Origin: a bacterium
Lineage (GTDB): Bacteria; UBA8248
Assembly: GCA_963692865.2 (NCBI GenBank)
Contig: OY843592.1
Location: forward strand, 3,104,001-3,168,000
Direction of reading: 5' to 3'
Length of the DNA stretch: 64,000 nucleotides
Made by a program: the position numbers and the translations under genes. A model generated the notes under the pieces. That model did no database searches. It saw only the letters and a list, made by a program, of their open reading frames with translations, and was not told where the DNA came from. Shown piece by piece: positions 21,756 to 31,820 of this stretch (its first letter is position 1; each line of letters starts with the position of its first letter).

Positions 21756-23057
21756 TCAAACGACCTCGACCCAGGTCTTCATGCCCGACGCCTGGTGGGC
21801 CAGGGTGTGGCAGTGGATCAGCCATTTGCCGGGGTTGTCGAACACGCAGAGGACGTCCCGTCTCCGGCGCGGGTCGACCAGGGTGGTGTCGCGGTAATGG
21901 CCGGGCGCGCCGTCCTCGCCGAGTTCGTGGAAGTGATGGCCGTGGATGTGGATACCGTGCGGAAAGGCGGTGTCGTTGCGCATCGTGATCAGCGCCGTCT
22001 CGCCTCGCTCGAAGCGCCGCCAGGGCGCGTCCGGCAAGCCGGAATGGTCGTTGAAGGCCCAGAAATCCTTGCCCCCGTGCCGCCCGCCCATCGCGCCGCC
22101 CTGCATGGCGAGCGTAAGCCGCCGCGCGTTTTTGCGGTCCGGCGCAGGGATATTGACCGGCGGCAGGGGCGCGACCGGGGCGTCGATGGGCGCGGGGTTC
22201 GCGCCTTGCGCCGTGATTTTGCCGAGTTCATAAGGTCCGCGCCGGGTCAGGAAGGCGAAGGTGACCGTCGCTGCGACGTCGAGGATGACGTCGGTCCGCT
22301 GCGCGGGCGCCAGTTCCAGCTCACCGAGCGGCTCGGTCTCAGCCAACGGCATGCCGTCATGCGCCACGATCTTGCCTTCGCCGCCGCCGATCTTCACCTG
22401 GAAAATCCGCGCCGTCGCCGTGTTGATCAGCCGCAGGCGAACCCGGTCTCCGCGACGCACCGTCTCCCGGGAGGGGAGCGCCCGTCCGAAGTTGCCGAGC
22501 CGCCCGTCATGGGAGAAGTCGTGCCGGTTGCCAAAATTCGGTTGCAGCTCGCCGCTGCGCGTCAGTCGCCAGTCGTCGAGTACCACCGTGATGTCGTGGT
22601 CGACGCGCGGCGGGTCGCGTTCCTCGACGATCAGGGGGCCGTAGAGACCCATCGCCACCTGCTCCCAGGAACGCTCGTGCGAGTGGTACCAGTAGGTGCC
22701 CGCGTAGGGCATGTCGAAAGCGTAGTCGAACGTCGCGCCCGGCTTGACCGTCGCCTGGGTGAGTCCCGGAACCCCGTCCATCGGGTTGTCGATGTGGATA
22801 CCGTGCCAGTGGATGGCGGAGTCGTGCTCGATCCCGTTCTCGAAGGTGACGGCTACCCGGCCGCCCTGGCGGGCGCGGATCTCGGGACCCGGCGTCGAAC
22901 CGTTGAACCCGAGCATTCGCGTCACGCCCTGCCCATCCGGCAGGAGGCGGGCGGTGACGGGTTCTGCCTTGAGGCGCATAGCCGATGGCGCCGTCCATCC
23001 GGTCGCGGGGGCCAGCGCCGTCGCCGCCAACGCCAGAAGAAAATCCCTTCGATTCAT
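21756..23057 (-). CDS. Tat-exported multicopper oxidase
   Basis: MNRRDFL Tat signal; HWHG, WYHSH, HGIHIHGH, HCHTLAHQASGM copper ligands. Confidence 0.93.
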   Translation of the reverse strand: MNRRDFLLALAATALAPATGWTAPSAMRLKAEPVTARLLPDGQGVTRMLGFNGSTPGPEIRARQGGRVAVTFENGIEHDSAIHWHGIHIDNPMDGVPGLTQATVKPGATFDYAFDMPYAGTYWYHSHERSWEQVAMGLYGPLIVEERDPPRVDHDITVVLDDWRLTRSGELQPNFGNRHDFSHDGRLGNFGRALPSRETVRRGDRVRLRLINTATARIFQVKIGGGEGKIVAHDGMPLAETEPLGELELAPAQRTDVILDVAATVTFAFLTRRGPYELGKITAQGANPAPIDAPVAPLPPVNIPAPDRKNARRLTLAMQGGAMGGRHGGKDFWAFNDHSGLPDAPWRRFERGETALITMRNDTAFPHGIHIHGHHFHELGEDGAPGHYRDTTLVDPRRRRDVLCVFDNPGKWLIHCHTLAHQASGMKTWVEVV

Positions 23058-23209
23058 GATCGATCTCCCTGATACGAGCTTCCAGCGGCGCGATGATAAT
23101 ATCCCCCGCGCCTCGCGGCGGCAAGAGAATCCGCCCCGGTCGAGGAATGAATGTTCGTACCAACCATTGGGGTAGAAACTACCGTAATGCCGGCGAATTC
23201 GCTCTTGTT

Positions 23210-23480
23210 CGTCATTCCGGCGCATGCCGGAATGACGAACAAGAGCACACCCATCATACGGAAAAATCCCGACCGTAGGGACAGGCTCCCATGCCAGAAT
23301 CAAATATTCACTCCCCCCTTGAGGGGAGTCGAAGAGCTAAGGGCGAATGCCCGCAAGCGATTCGGTGGGGGGAGAATTCCGGCTAATGAAAGGGGAATTC
23401 CTGCGATAAAAGCTCCCCCCACGCATCAGCCTTCGCACAAACCGCTCGGCTTCTGCTACTCCCCCTCAAGGGGGGAGTAA
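23210..23480. repeat. GTCATTCCGGCG palindrome plus CACTCCCCCCTTGAGGGG MITE core
   Basis: CGTCATTCCGGCGCATGCCGGAATGACG at 23210-23237; core 23309-23480 with inverted termini. Confidence 0.78.
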
Positions 23481-23507
23481 TTCTCTCGCTAATCCCCTTT
23501 GGAATTG

Positions 23508-24908
23508 CTACGCGGGACTCGCCTCCCGAACCTTCTCCGCCAGCAGGGCGGTGAGGGAGGCGATGTCTTCGACCGCATCGAGGCGATACCAGGCGTCCCA
23601 GGCGGCCTGGGCCTTTTCTTCGGTGAGGCCGGCGGCGCACTCCAGGAACTTTTCCTTGAGTTCGAGCTCGGTGAGCGGATTTTCGACGTGGCCGCGCGCG
23701 CGGGCGAAAAAGCGGGTGAGTTCGCGCCCGTCCTTGAGTTTCACCCAGACTTCGGCCGCCTCCGTCTCGGGGTCCTCGCGCGCCATCTTCTCATCCAGTT
23801 CGAACGCCACGCGCTTCTGGAGGGCGGCGATCTCGGGCCGCCCCACGCTGTCTTCCTCGAACTGGCGGATGCCGACCTTGCGGTCCACCAGGGCCGAGGC
23901 GATGCAGAACGGCATGGAGAATTTTCCTTCGAGACCCGTGGCGGCCTCCTTGTAGCGCAGGACCTTGAGCGTCATGGTGGATGCGCGCGCGCCGAGAGCC
24001 GCCACGTCGGCGACGTGGATGTCCTCACGCTTCACCAGATCGAGCATGGCGTCGATGCCGGGATGCGTCATAGCGCAGCAGGGGTGGATCTTCACGCAGA
24101 CGCCCTCCTCGATGTCCCAGGGCCGCCCCCAGGGGGCGACCGCGCGCTCCCAGTCCGCGAACTCATGCGCCCTGGGTCCGATACCCTCCGCCGCCATGGC
24201 CGCCGTGAAGCCCGTCTCCAGCGTATCCTCCGCCGCCGTGAAGCCGTCTTCTGCGAGTTTCGCCGCCACGAGGCCCGCCCGCGCGGACTGGCCCGCGTGG
24301 AATGGCTTGGTCATCGTGCCGAAGTTCGACACCAGCCCCGCCGAGCCACTCGCGCCCAGGCTCAGGGCGTTTCGCGTCTGTTCCTCATCCAGACCCAGCA
24401 GATAGGCGCAGGCGCCCGCCACGCCGACGGATCCCAGCGTGGCCGTGGCGTGAAAGCCCCGGCGGTAGTGCATGGGGTTCACCGCGCGGCCCAGGACGTG
24501 CAACAGCTCGAAGCCGAGCGTGTAGGCTTCGAGAACCTTCGCGCCGCCGATTCCGCGCTCCTCGGCCAGCGCGATGAGCGCGGGCACGAGGGTGACGCTC
24601 GGGTGGCCCAGCATCACGAAGTCCACGTCGTCGTAATCGAGCGCATGGCCCGCCGTGCCGTTCACGAAGGCGGCCCAGGAGGCGCTCGTGCGCTCCTCCG
24701 CCCCGATGAGCCGCGCGACGGGTGCGCCGCCCTCTGACGCCGCCAGCCGATGCGCCAGCCGCGCGCACTCATCCCCCCTGCCCGCCAGAATCACGCCCAG
24801 CGTATCGAGGGCGGCGTTTCGCGCCCCCGCGCGGGCGGCCTCGCCGACGTCCGAAGCGTGAACCGCCGCGATTCTTTTCGCCAGTTCTCTTGTGGCCGGG
24901 TAGGTCAT
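23508..24908 (-). CDS. MmgE/PrpD family protein
   Basis: NGTAGHALDYDD, GFHATAT, TKPFHAG, KIHPCC, KFSMPF; start MTYPAT. Confidence 0.9.
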   Translation of the reverse strand: MTYPATRELAKRIAAVHASDVGEAARAGARNAALDTLGVILAGRGDECARLAHRLAASEGGAPVARLIGAEERTSASWAAFVNGTAGHALDYDDVDFVMLGHPSVTLVPALIALAEERGIGGAKVLEAYTLGFELLHVLGRAVNPMHYRRGFHATATLGSVGVAGACAYLLGLDEEQTRNALSLGASGSAGLVSNFGTMTKPFHAGQSARAGLVAAKLAEDGFTAAEDTLETGFTAAMAAEGIGPRAHEFADWERAVAPWGRPWDIEEGVCVKIHPCCAMTHPGIDAMLDLVKREDIHVADVAALGARASTMTLKVLRYKEAATGLEGKFSMPFCIASALVDRKVGIRQFEEDSVGRPEIAALQKRVAFELDEKMAREDPETEAAEVWVKLKDGRELTRFFARARGHVENPLTELELKEKFLECAAGLTEEKAQAAWDAWYRLDAVEDIASLTALLAEKVREASPA

Positions 24909-24956
24909 GGAGGGAATCTCCTTGTGTGCGGGTGAAGTCCAAGAGAAAGGTTTTCG

Positions 24957-25460
24957 TAGGGGCGAACCTGCGTGTTCGCCCCTAGATGGTTTGTTGAAAA
25001 AGTCCTTGCGGGTCGGGCCAAAACTTTCTCCCCTTGCAAAGCGCCCAACAACCACTCCCCCCTTGAGGGGGAGTCACAGAGGCCGAGCGGTTTATGCGAA
25101 GGCCGATGTGGGGGGGGATATGCCACAGAATAAAATCTCCCGCCACCGAATCGCTTGCGGGCATTCGCCCTTAGATCTTCGACTCCCCCTCAAGGGGGGA
25201 GTGAACTTCAAAAGCGTGGACGCAACCCAAAATCGCTTCCCGGACTTTTTCAACAGCCCCTCAAGGGTTTGTTGAAACACCTCCGTCTCCGACCCCCGCA
25301 AACCGACGACACTTCTTTCCTCATCCTGAGTAGCGGCGAAGCCGCGTATCGAAGGTCAATCGCAACTAATGCGGGAGCGATTGCTCCTCACCCCGGCGCG
25401 AGCCTTCGACTCCCCTCGCCCTTCGATACGCCGCCTCCGGCGGCTACTCAGGGTGAGGGG
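24957..25460. repeat. Repeat island: GTAG-REP, TIR-bounded composite MITE (24988-25260), CCTCATCCTGAGTAG..CTACTCAGGGTGAGG element
   Basis: Direct reading; core 25053-25203 is similar to 27712-27880 and, inverted, to 23309-23480. Confidence 0.8.
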
Positions 25461-25602
25461 GGTAGGGGGGGGTGCCTTTACCCTGCCGAGGGGATTTTTC
25501 ACGCCCCGGGTCCGTCGCGCCCGTAGACGCAGGTTCTCCCCTGCAACTGCGGTTCGACCGATTCGCAGGGCGGCCCCCGAAAGGGCCGCCCCCGATTTTT
25601 CG

Positions 25603-27237
25603 TCAGATGCCGCGCGGGCGCTCTGCGGGCTGCTTCGCCTTTCGCCCCTTGCCCCCGGGTTTGCGCATGTTCTCCGTGAGCTTGAACTTGTTCACCGCGT
25701 TCACGAAGGCCTTGGCGCCCGCCTCGACCGTATCGGGGCTCGTGGCGTGGCCCGCTATCTGCAGACCGCCCTCGAACTCCACCATCATGTTCACCTCGGC
25801 GAGCGCGTCGCGCCCCCGCGTTACGGCGTTCACCGAGAAATCCGCCAGACGGCATTCGACCCCCACGACCCGGCAGATGGCGTTGATGGCCGCGTCCACG
25901 GGGCCGTTGCCCTGGCTCACTTCGGAGAACTCCGCCTCGCCCTGCCGGATCCGCACCGTGGCCGTGGAGGCCGGCTGCGTGCCGGTGGAGGACGTGACCT
26001 GCAGGAACTCGAGGTTGTAGTAGTTCTCCCCGCCCTCGGCGCGGTTTTGCTGCAAGAGCGCTATCAAATCCTCGTCATAAACCTCTTTTTTCTTGTCCGC
26101 GAGGTCGATGAAGCGCGGGTAGATGGCCGTGATGTCCTCGCGCGACATCTTGAAGCCGAGCTGCTCGTAGCGCTTCCTGAGGCCCGCGCGGCCCGAGTGC
26201 TTGCCGAGCACGAGCGTGTTCGAGGGCCTCCCCACCGACTTGGGCGTCATGATCTCGTAGGTGATGGCCTTCGAGATCACCCCGTGCTGGTGGATGCCCG
26301 CCTCGTGGGCGAAGGCGTTCTTGCCCACAACCGCCTTGTTCGGCTGCACGGGCACGCCCGTCATGGAGGTCAGGAGCCTGCTCGTGGGGTAGATCTCGCG
26401 CGTCTTGATCCCCGATTTGTAGTCGAGCTCGTCCCTGCGCGTGGCGATGGCCATTACGAACTCCTCCAGCGAGGCGTTGCCCGCCCGCTCGCCGATGCCG
26501 TTGATGGTGCACTCCACCTGCCGCACGCCGGATTCGATCGCCACGATGCTGTTCGCCACCGCGAGGCCCAGGTCGTCGTGGCAGTGCGCGCTGAAGACCA
26601 CGTCGTCATAACTCGGCACTTTCTCGAAGATGTGCTCCCAGAAGCGCTTGAATTCGCTGGGGATGATGTAGCCCACCGTGTCGGGGAGGTTGATGGTCGT
26701 CGCACCCTCCTCAATGGCGATCTTGACCGTCTCGGCCAGGAAGTCCCAGTCCGAGCGCGTAGCGTCCTCAGCGCTCCACTCCACGTCCTTGCAGAGTTTT
26801 CGCGCGTGGCGCACCGAGGCGGCGATCTCCTTGAGGAGTTCCGCGCGCGTCATCTTGAGTTTGTGCTTGAGGTGGATGTCCGACGTGGCGATGAAGGTGT
26901 GGATTCTGGGTTTTTTCGCGTGGCGCACCGCCTCCCAGCAGCGGTCGATGTCCTCGCGCGCGGAGCGCGAAAGACCGGCGACGATAGTCTTGCTCACCGC
27001 CTTGGCCACGTCGCGCACCGATTCGAACTCGTCGTTCGACGCGATGGGAAAACCGGCTTCGATGATGTCCACGCCCAGTTTTTCGAGTTGAAGCGCCATC
27101 TGCACCTTCTGGAAATGATCCATGCTGCAGCCGGGCGACTGCTCCCCGTCCCTAAGCGTGGTGTCGAAAATACGGATTCGGTTCGAGGCTCTGCCTCTGG
27201 ATGGTTTCTTTCGTACTGCCGTGGCTTGTCTCGCCAT
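25603..27237 (-). CDS. leuA: 2-isopropylmalate synthase
   Basis: IFDTTLRDGEQSPG, HCHDDLG, GIGERAGN, AFAHEAGIHQHG, LGKHSGR, GNGPVDA regulatory domain. Confidence 0.95.
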   Translation of the reverse strand: MARQATAVRKKPSRGRASNRIRIFDTTLRDGEQSPGCSMDHFQKVQMALQLEKLGVDIIEAGFPIASNDEFESVRDVAKAVSKTIVAGLSRSAREDIDRCWEAVRHAKKPRIHTFIATSDIHLKHKLKMTRAELLKEIAASVRHARKLCKDVEWSAEDATRSDWDFLAETVKIAIEEGATTINLPDTVGYIIPSEFKRFWEHIFEKVPSYDDVVFSAHCHDDLGLAVANSIVAIESGVRQVECTINGIGERAGNASLEEFVMAIATRRDELDYKSGIKTREIYPTSRLLTSMTGVPVQPNKAVVGKNAFAHEAGIHQHGVISKAITYEIMTPKSVGRPSNTLVLGKHSGRAGLRKRYEQLGFKMSREDITAIYPRFIDLADKKKEVYDEDLIALLQQNRAEGGENYYNLEFLQVTSSTGTQPASTATVRIRQGEAEFSEVSQGNGPVDAAINAICRVVGVECRLADFSVNAVTRGRDALAEVNMMVEFEGGLQIAGHATSPDTVEAGAKAFVNAVNKFKLTENMRKPGGKGRKAKQPAERPRGI

Positions 27238-27616
27238 GGGTTCAAGGCTCCTCAGGAATTTTCATGTTTTCGTGAATGTGCGCCTTGAGCGGAACGCCGG
27301 GCATTGGTTGAGTGAGCGGGCGCTTGCGCGCAAGGCGGGTGAACGCGCTGGTTTCCTAGGAAGCCAGTGGATGGCGGGGCGTCTTGAACACGCCCCAGGA
27401 CCTCCTGCGATCCTGATGCCTCATCGAATCAATACTCCATATCGCTCAATCGAACGCGAGGGTGCGCGGCTCAACGGGCGGAGACCACGCGATTCCTCGC
27501 AAAAGCAACACCGATCTTATGGGTCAAGCGCGCGCCGAGGTCAAGTCCCTTTTTTCGTTTTTTTCGATTTCGGTAATCATCGCGCTGATACCTACGGCTG
27601 AATCACACATGAAACG

Positions 27617-27936
27617 CGGCTGTCGAACAAGTCCGGATTTCTTGATTCGGTACATGGCCCCGACTGGGAAGGGATGAAACTTTACTCCTCCATAGCAGAG
27701 CGCCAACCAACCACTCCCCCCTTGAGGGTCGGTCTCCCTCGGGGAAGACCGACGGTGAAGCCGAGCGAATTGCGCGAAGGCTGAACCGGTGGGGGGAGCT
27801 TTTTCTGTGGCATGTCCCCCCACCGAATCGCTTGCGGGCTTTCGCCCTTAGCTCTTCGACTCCCCCTCAAGGGGGGAGTGAACTTCAAAAGCGTGCGCGC
27901 AACCAAAATCGCTTCCCGAGGACTTTTTCAACCCCC
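27617..27936. repeat. TIR-bounded composite MITE-like element
   Basis: GGCTGTCGAACAAGTCC ... core 27712-27880 ... GGACTTTTTCAACCCCC. Confidence 0.78.
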
Positions 27937-27940
27937 GCCC

Positions 27941-28702
27941 CTACTGCGCGTATTGCCCGCCGTCGATCACAAGCGTCGAGCCCGTCATGAAGCTCGATGC
28001 GTCGCTCGCCAGAAAGAGAATCGCGCCCTTGAGTTCCTCGGGCCGGCCGATACGCCCCATCGGGATGTGGGCCTTGATCATCCGCTCACCGGCTTCTGAC
28101 GCGAAGAACCTGCTGTTGATGTCGGTGAGGAAATACCCCGGCGCCAGGGCGTTCACGCGCACGCCCGTCTTCGCCCATTCGAGGGCGAGCGTCTTGGTGA
28201 GCTGGATCAGGCCGCCCTTGCTCGCCGAATAGGCGGAGAGCATCTTGACGCCGATGAAGCCCGCGACGGAGGCCACGTTCACGATCGCCCCGCCGCCGCG
28301 CTCGATCATCCCCGGCGCGGCGGCCTGGCACATCAGGAACGCGCCCCGCAGGTTCGTCTCCAGCACCTGGTTCCAGCGCTCAATCGGCAGATCCGCCGCC
28401 CAGCCCTCGCCGCTCACGCCGCTGTTGTTCACCAGAACGTCGACCCCCCCCAGCGCGCCTTCGGCCTCGCGCGCCGCCTCGCGGATGGATTCCGGCTCCG
28501 TCAGATCGCAGGCGACGGCGTGGGCCGCCCGCCCCAGGGCGCGAATCTCCTCCGCGGCTTCTTCCAACTTCTCTTTTCGCCTCGCCGCCAGGGCGACGTC
28601 CGCTCCCGCTTCGGCCAGCGCGTTGGCCATCGCGCGCCCGAGTCCCGTGCCGCCTCCCGTGACCAAAACTCTCTTTCCGCTTAAATCAAATAGTTGGGAC
28701 AA
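27941..28702 (-). CDS. Short-chain dehydrogenase/reductase (KduD/gluconate 5-dehydrogenase-like)
   Basis: VTGGGTGLG, NNSG, YSASK, IDGGQ. Confidence 0.9.
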   Translation of the reverse strand: MSQLFDLSGKRVLVTGGGTGLGRAMANALAEAGADVALAARRKEKLEEAAEEIRALGRAAHAVACDLTEPESIREAAREAEGALGGVDVLVNNSGVSGEGWAADLPIERWNQVLETNLRGAFLMCQAAAPGMIERGGGAIVNVASVAGFIGVKMLSAYSASKGGLIQLTKTLALEWAKTGVRVNALAPGYFLTDINSRFFASEAGERMIKAHIPMGRIGRPEELKGAILFLASDASSFMTGSTLVIDGGQYAQ

Positions 28703-28737
28703 CTTTCCTTCCCCTGAATATAAGGTTTCCCCGATTT

Positions 28738-28929
28738 TTGCCCACAGAATCCGTGAATAAGCTGTGGATAAGTCTGTTTAGAGGGCCTCTAAACCCCCTA
28801 TTTTCCGACACTTAATACGTTCTGACACTTTTTTGAGCAAACGTTTTAACATCAATGTTTTCAATAATATACACAAAATTTTCGCCTCTTCGGGCCTTGC
28901 GCTTTCGTTTTAAGCATTGTTTTTGCACA
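28738..28929. promoter_or_regulatory. DnaA-box cluster in AT-rich intergenic region
   Basis: Perfect TGTGGATAA 28763-28771; near-matches TTGCCCACA 28738, CGTGAATAA 28752, ATATACACA 28867, TTTTGCACA 28921. Confidence 0.6.
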
Positions 28930-28980
28930 AGTTTCATGGACGAAATCCCGTTTTCGCGTCCGACAGCGCCTTTAGAATTA

Positions 28981-29577
28981 TCACTTTGACACGTCTTCAT
29001 CGCCCGATATCCCCGCCGCTCCCGCCTCGTAGAAGAGCAGACACGTATCGCCGTAGCGCCTCTCGCGAACGAGTTTCGACTCGCCTGCCGCACCTTCATG
29101 TCGCGCGACGCCCCTAGGCGCCTCGACCACCAGCTTCGCGCAAATCGGCTCGGGCGCAAAGACGGCATCGAGAACTTCTCGCCGAAGGGCGTCCTCCCTC
29201 CAGGGCGGATCGGCGAAGGCCAACTCGAACCGGCGCGAGCCTTGCGCCCGGATGCGCCCAATCTCGGCGATCACGTCCGCGCAGCGCACCTCGAAGCCAT
29301 CGGCCAGATCGAGGGCGTCCGCGTTTCGCCGCATCGCCGCGCAAAGGCGCGGGTTTTTCTCCACCGCCACCACGCCCGTCGCCCCCCGGCTGATCGCCTC
29401 AAGCGAAATCGCGCCCGAACCCGCGCACAGATCGAGCACGCGCGCGCCGACCACCGCGCCCCCCCAGATGTTGAACAGCGCCTCGCGCACGCGCTCGCCC
29501 GTGGGCCGCACGCCCGCTTCTTCCGGCGAGGGAATCCGCCGGCTCCCCGCCGCGCCGCCGATGATCCTGAGCGACAC
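28981..29577 (-). CDS. rsmD: 16S rRNA m2G966 methyltransferase
   Basis: LRIIGG..RPTGERVREALFN, LDLCAGSG, EAISRGA, DPPW, RYGDT. Confidence 0.9.
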   Translation of the reverse strand: MSLRIIGGAAGSRRIPSPEEAGVRPTGERVREALFNIWGGAVVGARVLDLCAGSGAISLEAISRGATGVVAVEKNPRLCAAMRRNADALDLADGFEVRCADVIAEIGRIRAQGSRRFELAFADPPWREDALRREVLDAVFAPEPICAKLVVEAPRGVARHEGAAGESKLVRERRYGDTCLLFYEAGAAGISGDEDVSK

Positions 29578-29586
29578 CGCCCGGCC

Positions 29587-30495
29587 TCAGAGGCGCTCGA
29601 AATGGGCCAGTTCGCCGAAGGCCCGGTAGCGCGCGTCGATCTCCTCCGCAGTGAGCGCGCGCATGCGATCGTAGCTGAACGACTCCACGTTGAACGACGC
29701 CATGACGCTGCCGAATACGACCGCCCTGCGCATCCCCGCCTCGCTCAGGTCGCCCGTGGCGGCGATATGACCCATGAAGCCGCCGGCGAAGCTGTCGCCC
29801 GCCCCCGTGGGGTCGCACACGTCCTCAATCGGAAGCCCGGGGGCGGAGAACACGCCGTCCTCGTGAAAGAGCAGCGCGCCGTACTCGCCCTGTTTCACCA
29901 CCAGGGTCTTCGGGCCGACCTCCCGGATTCTGCGCGCGGCGCGCGCGATGTTCGCCTCCCTCGAGAGGGCGCGCGCCTCCGCGTCGTTGATGACCACCAG
30001 ATCGACCATCGAGAGGGTTTTGAGCAACTCCTCGCGCTTTCCCTCGATCCAGAAGTTCATGGTGTCGCACGCCACGAGCCGGGGCGAATTCGCCTGGCCC
30101 AGGACGGCGGCCTGGAGTTCGGGGTCGATGTTCGCCAGAAAGACGAACCCGGTGTCGCGGAAATTATCCGGCAGCTTGGGCGAGAAGCTCTCGAATACGT
30201 TCAACTGCGTGTCGAGCGTATGGGCGGTGTTCAGGTCGAACCCGTATTCTCCCTTCCAGCGGAAGGTCTCACCCTCGCTTCGCTCGATGCCCGAGGTGTC
30301 GATTTTCCGCTCCTCCAGGAATTCGAGCGTGTCGGCGGGAAAATCCGCCCCCACGACGGCCACGAGCCGCACGTCCGTGAAATAGCTCGCCGCCACCGAG
30401 AAATAGGTGGCCGAGCCCCCCACCGCCTCCTCGCGCTCGCCGAAGGGCGTCTTCACCGAATCAATCGCCATGGAACCGACCACCAGAAGACCCAT
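29587..30495 (-). CDS. PfkB family sugar/nucleoside kinase
   Basis: LLVVGSMAID, GGSATY, DPTGAGDSFAGG. Confidence 0.9.
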   Translation of the reverse strand: MGLLVVGSMAIDSVKTPFGEREEAVGGSATYFSVAASYFTDVRLVAVVGADFPADTLEFLEERKIDTSGIERSEGETFRWKGEYGFDLNTAHTLDTQLNVFESFSPKLPDNFRDTGFVFLANIDPELQAAVLGQANSPRLVACDTMNFWIEGKREELLKTLSMVDLVVINDAEARALSREANIARAARRIREVGPKTLVVKQGEYGALLFHEDGVFSAPGLPIEDVCDPTGAGDSFAGGFMGHIAATGDLSEAGMRRAVVFGSVMASFNVESFSYDRMRALTAEEIDARYRAFGELAHFERL

Positions 30496-30722
30496 CTTTC
30501 CCTCACAAAAAATGTTCATACGGGCCGACTCAGACCGACGCGCTGAAGCGGCCTCGCCCTTTTGCATTTTCCTCTCACTTTCAGGACGCCAACTCTAGCC
30601 TCAAAGGGCGCGCGTTTCAAAGGGGATATCCATTTTCAGGCGAAATATGCTTTAATGCGCCAAAACCCAGACGGCAAGCGAGCGCATTCTTTTTTGCCGC
30701 TTCACGGGTGAAGGAGAGCCGC

Positions 30723-31820
30723 ATGGACGCGAATCACCCCCTCGCCACGCGCGAGGAGCTGGCCAATCTCGATTTCTTCGACGACCTCGCCGACCGCTAC
30801 CTCGCCGTGGACGGTCTGGAGGCGCGCTGGGTGCCTTTCACCAAAAAAGAGATTCTCCCCGACAGAAAAACCGCCGGGCGCATGCACTACCTCGTCTCCC
30901 TCGCGCGCGCGGTCGAAGAGACGCTCGATTCCGCCTTTCGCGCGGGCCACATCCCCGGCACCGCCTTTTTCGGGCGGGGAAACGAGGGGGCGAGCGTCGC
31001 GAGCGCGATGTGTCTCGAAGACCACGAATGGCTCGTGCCCATGCACAGAAACTGCGGCGCGCACCTCGCCAAGGGCCATCCGCCCAGGAGCATCATGTCG
31101 CATTTCTTCGGACGCGCCGACGGCCCCTCGGGCGGTCGCGACGGGAATTTTCACGTGGGCTACCGCCCCAAGCGCATCACCCAGCTCATCAGCCACATCG
31201 GCACCATGGTGCCCATCGCGACGGGCGTGGCGTGGGCGGCCAAGGCGCGCGGCAAGGGCGAGGCCACCATCAACTACATCGGCGACGGCGGCACGAGCTC
31301 GGGCGACTTCCACGAGGCGGTGAACTTCGCCGCCGTGCGCAAGCTCCCCCTCGTCGTCATCATCGACAACAACCAGTACGCCTACAAGACGCTCCTGAGC
31401 GACCAGTACGCCTGCGACGCCCTGGTGCTCAAGGCGCCCGGCTACGGGATCCCCGGCTTTCTCATCGACGGCACGAACGCGCCCCTGATGCGCCACGTCT
31501 GCAGCCAGGCGCTCGCGCGCGCGAGGGCGGGCGGCGGACCCACGCTCATCGAGAGCGTCACCCTGCGCGCGGCGGGCCATTCGGTCTACGACAAGTTCGC
31601 CGACTACGCCGACATGGCGCACTTCGAGCAGTGGACGGACGAGCGCGACCCCCTCAAGCGGCTCGACGAGATTTTCGTCGAGTTCGGCGTCATGACGGCG
31701 AAAGAGGTCGCCGCCTCGCATGATAAAGCGAGAAAAGACGCCGAAGACGCGAGAGATGAGGCGCTCAAAAGCCCGATGCCCGACCCCGCGCGCCTGACCG
31801 AAGGGGTATTCGCCGAATGA
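30723..31820 (+). CDS. 2-oxoacid dehydrogenase E1 alpha subunit (TPP-dependent)
   Basis: GDGGTSSGDFHEAVN..DNNQYA TPP motif; RAAGHS. Confidence 0.9.
   Translation: MDANHPLATREELANLDFFDDLADRYLAVDGLEARWVPFTKKEILPDRKTAGRMHYLVSLARAVEETLDSAFRAGHIPGTAFFGRGNEGASVASAMCLEDHEWLVPMHRNCGAHLAKGHPPRSIMSHFFGRADGPSGGRDGNFHVGYRPKRITQLISHIGTMVPIATGVAWAAKARGKGEATINYIGDGGTSSGDFHEAVNFAAVRKLPLVVIIDNNQYAYKTLLSDQYACDALVLKAPGYGIPGFLIDGTNAPLMRHVCSQALARARAGGGPTLIESVTLRAAGHSVYDKFADYADMAHFEQWTDERDPLKRLDEIFVEFGVMTAKEVAASHDKARKDAEDARDEALKSPMPDPARLTEGVFAE

Noticed and set aside
27240-27440. Leucine attenuator upstream of leuA
   Set aside because: The short upstream ORF (MRHQDRRRSWGVFKTPRHPLAS) has no Leu run, and the hairpin GGGGCGT..ACGCCCC lacks a U tract.
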